Source of the DNA: an uncultured Acidobacteriota bacterium | GTDB taxonomy: Bacteria > Acidobacteriota > Terriglobia > Terriglobales > Acidobacteriaceae | DNA length: 64,000 nt | Assembly (NCBI GenBank): GCA_963706455.1 | Contig: CAVPNO010000099.1 | Coordinates: forward strand, 98,967-162,966 | Direction: 5' to 3' | Shown here: positions 57,957 through 64,000 of the stretch, one piece after another | Position numbering within the stretch: position 1 is the stretch's first letter | Layout: every line of letters starts with the position of its first letter | Made by a program: the position numbers and the translations under genes | Notes under the pieces: model-generated | Databases searched by the model: none | Seen by the model: the letters and a program-made list of their open reading frames with translations, nothing else | What the model was told of the DNA's origin: nothing

Positions 57957-59240
57957 ATGGCTTCGACAGAAGCAGTTCAGAGTACAGACCAGCCGGAGAA
58001 GATCGCAGCTATCGACGCTGCCGCGGAAGGGGCTGAAGGAATCTCGGCCGGACGCGTCTCAAGGCGCCCTTTCGTGCTCAAAAAGAGCCGCGGTCCTAGC
58101 GGCGGGCACCTGGCGATGATGCTGATTGTCGCTGGGACACTGGCAGTGCTCGCGATCGCAATGGTTGCGTTGCTCTCAACCACGGGCAAAAGCCGAAAAA
58201 GAACAATGGAAGAGGCCGGGAAGCCGAATCTCGGCCAGGCGCATACAGGAACGACTGCCGGAGACCTTGTTCCGAATAACAAGGTGAAACCTACGCCCAA
58301 CGGCGCATCTGAATCCGGCGCAGTGAATGCGTCCGATATTGAACGGACGAAATCGCCGCAGCTCGCACAATCCCAAGCTTTGGGAAAATCGGCGCAGTCG
58401 CCAAAGACTCTCGGCGGGATTGGCAAGTTTGAGGAACCCGATACCAGTCCGAATCGACAGGGGAAGTGGACACCTCCGCCTTACGGAAGTGAAAGTGCGC
58501 AGAATCAGCAGGCGGAGAAAAAGGCTGAGGACGCGCTCAGCCAGTCTTCCCTTGTCTTCACTGCGCATGAGCAGTCCGTTGCCCATTCCGTATCGGAAAG
58601 CGGGACAGCGGGGCCGGACAATCTCGGTCTCGCTCCCGGCTACCGTGTGGCGGCGCGGCTCGAATCTATGGCCTCGACCGCTGTCCACGCTCCGGTCGTT
58701 GCTGTCGTCGAGTACAACTACGAGCGCGACGGCGCAGTGATCATTCCTGCCGGCGCGCGCATAGTTGGAAAGATCACCCAGGCTGACCCCTCGGGTCTAA
58801 TGAACATCACCTTTTCGTCTATCGAATTCCCGGATGGGTCTAGCGTTCCCATTGATGCTGTTGGTGCTGACAAGAATCTCCAGGCGCTTAAGGGACAGGT
58901 AACGGGAAGGCAGCGGGGCAAAAGCATGCTTGTCAGGTCGCTCTCTGGAATCGGCGAGACGGCGGCCATGATGGTCGGAGCCCCGAGCGCAAACAGCGCT
59001 TTTAGCGGAGACGATCTGATGAGAATGCAGGTTGCGAACAACATCGGAAACGCCGGCGACCAACAGATCATGCAGATGCTGACCATGGAGCATATTGTTG
59101 TCAGCGTTCCTGCCGGAACGGAAGTCTACATCGTGTTTGAGAAGTCTGCGGCAGCGAACTCCCAGGGCGCGGACCAAACGATTCATATTCCACGCGCTGG
59201 TATTGGTCTCAGCCAACCTGCGAATGCAGAGCAACCATGA
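57957..59240 (+). CDS. TrbI/VirB10-like conjugation protein
   Basis: Single TM, disordered linker, C-terminal PVVAVV..IIPAGARIVG..ITFSSIEFPDG..VPAGTEVYIVF. Confidence 0.82.
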   Translation: MASTEAVQSTDQPEKIAAIDAAAEGAEGISAGRVSRRPFVLKKSRGPSGGHLAMMLIVAGTLAVLAIAMVALLSTTGKSRKRTMEEAGKPNLGQAHTGTTAGDLVPNNKVKPTPNGASESGAVNASDIERTKSPQLAQSQALGKSAQSPKTLGGIGKFEEPDTSPNRQGKWTPPPYGSESAQNQQAEKKAEDALSQSSLVFTAHEQSVAHSVSESGTAGPDNLGLAPGYRVAARLESMASTAVHAPVVAVVEYNYERDGAVIIPAGARIVGKITQADPSGLMNITFSSIEFPDGSSVPIDAVGADKNLQALKGQVTGRQRGKSMLVRSLSGIGETAAMMVGAPSANSAFSGDDLMRMQVANNIGNAGDQQIMQMLTMEHIVVSVPAGTEVYIVFEKSAAANSQGADQTIHIPRAGIGLSQPANAEQP

Positions 59241-59340
59241 CGCTGTAATAAAGCCAACGACGCGAACCGCACCCAAATGGAGGCGCTGCTTTGTTGGGTG
59301 TTCTCGATAATCGCATGGGAGCGTAGCCCGGCAGAGCGCA

Positions 59341-59569
59341 GTTGATGAGGATTTCCAAAGAAGAAAAACTGTATACCTGGTTCTTGTTGAAAGATAGTCA
59401 GCGCGGCTTGAGAGACGACCTGGCCGATGGTGATGTTTCTCGAAAGAAGAAAAGCTGCATACCTGGCTTTTGTTGAAATACAGGCTGGAACGCTTGAGAA
59501 ACTTCTGGGCCGATGAAGAGGTTTTTCGAAAGAAGAAAAGCTGCGTACCAGGCTTTTGTTGAAAAACAA
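59341..59569. repeat. Array 1 of ~86-bp tandem repeat (3 cores)
   Basis: Cores at 59341-59392, 59426-59478 and 59512-59564; consensus GATGATGAGGTTTTTCGAAAGAAGAAAAGCTGCGTACCAGGCTTTTGTTGAAA. Confidence 0.9.
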
Positions 59570-59593
59570 GCGGGGCGGTCGAGCCGGCCCCGC
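59562..59593 (-). terminator. Intrinsic terminator for the minus-strand cargo operon
   Basis: Minus strand GCGGGGC-CGGCTCGACC-GCCCCGC-TTGTTTTT. Confidence 0.65.
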
Positions 59594-59758
59594 CTGGGAA
59601 AGACGAAGACTCTTCAAAGGTCAGCGTCGCCGATAACACGGCCGGAACCCGGGTTTCAGTAAACGAGTGACTCGGCGATTATGCGCAAGTTAAAACGTGA
59701 CTGAGACCAGAGGCGTGAGATCGGGAACTATTCCCGACTCAGCCGCTCCAACAAGGCT

Positions 59759-60624
59759 CTAATCGTGATAAACGGCCTTCGTGGGGGGAGATCCCGCTCG
59801 GCTGGCTAAAACAGGGAAATTGGCTTTGAGATGTATCGGCGACAGACTTGCCGACTTGGCCGCGTACTCTGGGAAGCGCCGGCCAACCGCGTACCCGGGC
59901 GGGAGCGCTGCCACCGCGAAAGCATAGGTGTAGGAGATGCCGTTCAACATCCGCTCTACATAGTCGGCCAACTCATCTGACACCTGCTCCAATTTCTGCA
60001 CATCTTCCAGGCTCGGGTCCGGATCCAACAGGATCTCATCCTGCGTCTGGTAGACCCGGGTCCGCTTCTCGACAAATTCCTTCTCACCGCTCAGGGCAAC
60101 CACCGCCGCCAACGTGCCGTGCGGGTATTTTCCCGGCTGAGGTACTGCGATGCGCTGTCTCAGCTTATAGCCCATTGCGTGTGTGGCGCGCGCTTTCGCA
60201 TCGGGTTGGAAAAAGCTGTCAAAACCGCTCTCTGACTGAAACGCCGCCACGGCTTCAATCTCATCGCCCCCAGGAACCGCATAGCGTTTCATAGCCAGCA
60301 CCCTGCGCGTCGCCGCATAGGGGAGATCTCTCTTCGTTGATTCATCCTCAACGTCTTTCATATCCTGCTGCAGTTTCTTGTACTCCTCGGCCCACTCCAC
60401 TTCCTGCTCCTTGCTCCACCATGCAAATACCGCAAGGTCGCCAAGCGTCTTGTAGTATCTTTCCTGACTCTGCGGGTGCCAGCCTTCTTCTACCCATCGA
60501 AGCCGGTCATCGACGGTTTTGGGAACCGGCAGGACCAATTTGTCATAGAGCAGTACTTCAGGCAAAAGGCGCACGGGTCGAGTGCGTCAATCACTGAAAA
60601 AGTCCCCCATCTTTGCCGGTTCAT
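59759..60624 (-). CDS. Hypothetical cargo protein, probable single-base frameshift near its 5' end
   Basis: ATG 60624 (AAGGGTGA upstream, 11 nt after the previous stop) gives MNRQRWGTFSVIDALDPCAF; adding one T to the T4 run (60564-60567) joins it to LPEVLLYDKLVLPVP of ORF 59759-60574. Confidence 0.6.
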
Positions 60625-60635
60625 CTGTCACCCTT

Positions 60636-61328
60636 TCATTTCTCATACGGCTGCGCCGGGGCGCAGTACGTGTCAATCAATTGCATAGTTTTTTCGGTGT
60701 TGGCCATCAGGATTCCAGACACCTCCTTCAATTCGTCCATTCTTACGCCGCGCTCCTTGATCAGTTTTTGAAGTATCCCGTTCCAGTTGGTGTAATCCAC
60801 AAACCAATTGAAGAAAGCTGCCTGTAACTGGGCTAACCGGGCCCGGCTGAATTGGAGGTCCTGGGGAGGCTTGGTGATGAAGTAGGCCAAGATGTCTGCA
60901 ACTCCAAGGCTCCCAAAAACGATGGGCAGCAAAGCAGTCTTACTTACAAACGCCATAACTATCGCGGCTACAATCACGCCTGCCCCAAGGTAAAAAGCCA
61001 CTTGGTACATCCACATCGTGGCTTTGAAACCCCGTTCGATCTGTTCCACGGTTTTCGTTAGCCCTGTTTTGAACGCATCCGCGGTATCGAAGGTAGTTTT
61101 CAGCTGCTTGTTGAGCATTTCCTGATACTCGATTTGACCCGCAGGGACTCCTGGGTGGTTCACTGATGCCGTAATCGCGTCCATCAAACGCTTCATTTCG
61201 AGGCGGTCCCCATCCTTTGAGAATCCGCGCTCCCTAAGAACTTCGTCGAGGTTTGCGCATACTCTGCCCAGGAATTCCGGGTCGTCAATTGCTTCGCTTA
61301 TGATGTCGAAGGCGGCGCCCTTGTCCAT
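60636..61328 (-). CDS. Two-TM hypothetical cargo protein (resembles TRADD-N-associated 2TM type), short helical N-terminal domain
   Basis: GAAGGAGAGG RBS before ATG 61328; two hydrophobic helices (ATMWMYQVAFYLGAGVIVAAIVMAF; LLPIVFGSLGVADILAYFI) flanked by helical segments. Confidence 0.7.
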   Translation of the reverse strand: MDKGAAFDIISEAIDDPEFLGRVCANLDEVLRERGFSKDGDRLEMKRLMDAITASVNHPGVPAGQIEYQEMLNKQLKTTFDTADAFKTGLTKTVEQIERGFKATMWMYQVAFYLGAGVIVAAIVMAFVSKTALLPIVFGSLGVADILAYFITKPPQDLQFSRARLAQLQAAFFNWFVDYTNWNGILQKLIKERGVRMDELKEVSGILMANTEKTMQLIDTYCAPAQPYEK

Positions 61329-61782
61329 GGCCTCTCCTTCAGGGAACGCAGCATTGGAAACAACGCTCATCTTCCAAAGTGAACGGGTGCGAATGAGGGC
61401 GCTCGCCTTGTGAAAGGTCGACCGCGGTAAACGTCATCCCGCTCTGTGGCGCAGTTCGAAGAGGTCCCGAGCCTAGATTTTACAGCAGGTTCGCCTGGCG
61501 GCGTTGACAGATTTCGAATCACCCATGCGTCTGGATTGAGGCCGAGAAGTCGTCGTCCAGGGTTCAAAAACCTCGACCGGCGGATGTCAACTGTCGATAT
61601 CAGCCCAATGCGCGTTTCCAGGCGACGGCCGTTCTCAAAACGCACTTCGGCGATTCTCCATCAAATGATCGGCCTAAAGGCTGAATTGCTCGTGATCGAA
61701 TAAGAAAATACTGCATCAGGCGGTAGGAATTGTCTTGACGCCATTCTGAAGTGGGCCGATCGACGGCCAACATGGAGCGCAT

Positions 61783-61860
61783 TTACCAGGGAACAACGCC
61801 ACCCGTCTCGAAGAAGCCACCAGTCGGTGCATCATCCGGAGCGAGAGACTGGCGGACCGT
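61783..61860 (-). pseudogene. C-terminal remnant of a carbonyl-reductase-type SDR
   Basis: Translates as TVRQSLAPDDAPTGGFFETGGVVPW-stop. Confidence 0.6.
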
Positions 61861-61928
61861 TTCGGCGCATTTTGAATCCAGTTGCTATTGTCTCCCCTCC
61901 AATGGTTCAGGAACAGGAGACACACCGC

Positions 61929-62479
61929 ATGGCGCAGAAACACAAAGGGAAGATTGCCCTGATCACGGGCGCGAACAAGCGGCGTGGATATTCTGGTGAA
62001 TAATCTGGGCGGCTCGGGACGTGAACCTGCTGGCAGCGGTGCGATTGGATCGCGCGTTCGTCCCGGGAATGATCGAACGTCAGTCAGGCGTCGTCATTCA
62101 CATCTCCTCCATCCAGCATCGGCTGCCGCTTTATGACTCAACCCTCGCGTATGCTGCGGCAAAGGGAGCCCTGCGCACCTACAGCAAAGGCCTTGCCAAT
62201 GAAGTCGGTCCTAGGGGAATAAGGGTCAACATGGTTTCTCCAGGATTTATCGAGACGTCAGGCGCACATGGCATGATTCTCCAGCTTGCAAAGAGCAGCG
62301 GCAGCAACGAGGATACCGCTCGGCAGCAAATCATGAACATGATCGGAGGCATTCCCCTCGGTCGCCCGGGTCGGCCGGAAGAGGTTGCCGAACTGGTGGG
62401 TTTTCTCGCATCGGATCGCGCAGGGTCGATTCATGGCGCAGATTATGTGATCGACGGTGGAACCATGCCGACGGTATGA
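61929..62479 (+). pseudogene. Mosaic/deleted short-chain dehydrogenase (SDR)
   Basis: MAQKHKGKIALITGANK, GVDILVNNLGGS and DVNLLAAVRL..YAAAK..SPGFIET..DGG lie in three different frames; Rossmann GxG and intervening segments are deleted. Confidence 0.85.
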
Positions 62480-62640
62480 CCGCGTCAACTGTCGCCTTCA
62501 GGGCAACCCACTCATTGACCTGGTTCCGGCCGGTTCGTCGGCAACTCTAATCCAACGTGAGCTGACTCACTCCACCCGTCGTTGTATCCAAAGAGTCGAG
62601 CGTCTCCACAAGAAGTCGGTTACAAGCTGTATCAATTAAG

Positions 62641-62813
62641 CAAAGCCGGGCGGGCCCGGAAGACTTCAGAGGCGATGATGAGGTCTTTCGAAAGAAGAAA
62701 AGCTGTGTACCAGGCTTTTGTTGAAAAACAGGCGGGACCGTTTGATAAAACCTCCGGCCCGATGATGGGGTTTTTCGAAAGAAGAAATGTTGCGTACCAG
62801 GCTTTTGTTGAAA
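62641..62813. repeat. Array 2 of ~86-bp tandem repeat (2 cores plus a preceding linker)
   Basis: Cores at 62674-62726 and 62761-62813 (87-bp period), same orientation as array 1. Confidence 0.9.
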
Positions 62814-63035
62814 GAGTCAGTTGATTACATCTTCCCGTGCTCGATGCGCTCCGCATCATCCTTATAAGAAGCGAAATCAGCTGACCTCTATAGAAGGATG
62901 CAGGTCGAGGTCCTCCATTAGCGCATCGTGAGATCGGCCCATACGTATTTGGGCATGCCTTAGTTGCTCGTTTGCACGAATCGACAAACCATGTAATTTT
63001 CTTCGGCGACGGATTCCCGTCAAGGAGGCAAGTTC

Positions 63036-63416
63036 ATGGTTCAGTCGTTCGTGCGGACAGTGCGCGCCTCAAGAAAGCACGTGCAGGCGTTCCTGCTCGC
63101 TTCCACAATTGGAGCGGCCGTGCTGGTGCCCTGCGCCAGCCTGGCCCAAAACCTTGGCAACACGCCGGCGACGGGACGGGCCGTTCAGGGACAGACCGCG
63201 TCGCAGCCGGAAGGCGCATTCTTGAATGCCGTCAACTGGCTGTGCAACGTAATTTGTCCTGTGGGCGCCGGCATCGCCGTCGTCGCAACCATCCTGCAAT
63301 GGCGGAGCGGGCGCAGCTGGCTCCCTTCGGCGATGACCGCCGGAGGCCTCATCTGCGTATCCGGCATCCTTCGGCTCATCGAGTACTTCATCGCGCAAGG
63401 TCAGGCAGTGGGGTAG
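63036..63416 (+). CDS. Conjugative pilin-like (VirB2/TrbC-like) protein
   Basis: AGGAGG RBS; long leader ending ASLA, then two hydrophobic helices; ICE context. Confidence 0.6.
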   Translation: MVQSFVRTVRASRKHVQAFLLASTIGAAVLVPCASLAQNLGNTPATGRAVQGQTASQPEGAFLNAVNWLCNVICPVGAGIAVVATILQWRSGRSWLPSAMTAGGLICVSGILRLIEYFIAQGQAVG

Positions 63417-63422
63417 GCGGTT

Positions 63423-64000
63423 ATGCAGGCGCCACTGGTCTTCAGAGCCATTCTCGGCCTTCTCATGGATCTCGCCATCCCGGCCTCGCTGGGAGCGTTC
63501 GTCATGGCGGGCATGAGACTGCGCTCGGAAGGGGGAATGAACTTTGAGGCCAGTGGCGGCTTTTTGAAGTGGCTGTTGTGGGGATGTTTCCTGCTCAGCT
63601 TGCCGGGAGTGAGCCAGTGGCTCGTTCAGGAGTCGGTGCCCGGGGCTCAACAGCTTTCGATTGCCGGAGCCAACGGCGCGCGATACACGGCTGGGATTGA
63701 GCGCGTGACCAATGACTTTGTCAGCAATTTTCTCGTGGGGCATGTTGTGCCGGTAGTCGCAGCCTCGCTCGTGTTCAAGGCAGTTCTCGACATGAGTCAG
63801 GGATACAGCCCGCTCGCTTCGATCATCGCCGCACTGTTCCTACTTGGAGTTCAGGGCTTCTACAACCTCGCGACCGGAAGCTGGATGCAAAGCGGCGACG
63901 CCTACGGAGTAACTGACATGCTGATGAGCATGTTTGGCTACGCAGCCAATCGGGTCAGTCCGATCGTCGGAGGACTCGCGCTTTCGGCAGCCATCCTCAA
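63423..64000 (+). CDS. Multi-TM protein with pilin-like repeats (partial, runs off window)
   Basis: MQAPLVFRAILGLLMDLAIPASLG..NFLVGHVVPVVAASLV..GYAANRVSPIVGGLALSAAIL; no stop before 64000. Confidence 0.7.
   Translation, partial: MQAPLVFRAILGLLMDLAIPASLGAFVMAGMRLRSEGGMNFEASGGFLKWLLWGCFLLSLPGVSQWLVQESVPGAQQLSIAGANGARYTAGIERVTNDFVSNFLVGHVVPVVAASLVFKAVLDMSQGYSPLASIIAALFLLGVQGFYNLATGSWMQSGDAYGVTDMLMSMFGYAANRVSPIVGGLALSAAIL

Larger units (their letters stand above)
53036..64000. mobile_element. Integrative conjugative element (left part), inserted at tRNA-Cys
   Basis: Tyrosine integrase adjacent to the tRNA 3' end, followed by lytic transglycosylase, VirB9/VirB10-like and pilin-like genes; other end not in window. 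Confidence 0.85.

Noticed and set aside
59430-59565. Integron attC sites
   Set aside because: No RYYYAAC/GTTRRRY boundary boxes, and the integrase shows no evident IntI-specific insertion.
59341-59569. CRISPR array
   Set aside because: The linkers between cores are homologous to each other, the cores are degenerate, and no cas genes are in the window. Reported as a tandem repeat instead.
58797-59639. Minus-strand 280-aa and 144-aa ORFs
   Set aside because: They overlap virB10 antisense and the repeat array, with low-complexity F/S/K translations.
61367-61782. Short ORFs upstream of the cargo operon
   Set aside because: No RBS or motifs; more likely promoter region or decayed sequence.
62582-62824. 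80-aa ORF with a 29-aa internal repeat
   Set aside because: It is a translation of repeat array 2. The same repeat has an 86-bp period (not a multiple of 3) in array 1, so it is unlikely to be coding.

Overview
GC-rich bacterial chromosome window whose gene content (carboxypeptidase-domain TonB-dependent receptors, PadR plus ADOP-type permease, CRTAC1/ASPIC-UnbV and TPR clusters) points to Acidobacteriota/Terriglobia (inference). Positions 1-52.7 kb hold, in order: a partial TonB-dependent receptor, a divergent YCII/ECF42 sigma pair, a PocR-PAS kinase/REC/GGDEF-EAL operon, PadR with a frameshifted permease, modA-modBC, a hydroxyproline catabolic trio, a membrane wHTH regulator facing a CDP-alcohol transferase/GtrA operon, and a ~23 kb TBDR-TPR-CRTAC1-GH2 locus with a LacI-type operator. 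After tRNA-Gly and tRNA-Cys (52.8-53.0 kb) begins an integrative conjugative element that runs off the right edge. It carries a tyrosine integrase fused in frame to an excisionase-like HTH, a MoxR ATPase, VirB1/VirB9-like/VirB10-like genes and pilin-like genes. The most unusual structure is two same-orientation arrays of a ~86-bp repeat (53-bp conserved core with a dyad) that bracket a ~3.1 kb cargo segment inside the transfer region. The cargo is a two-gene candidate defence cassette plus scrambled SDR relics. All assignments are from motif reading only; no database searches were run.
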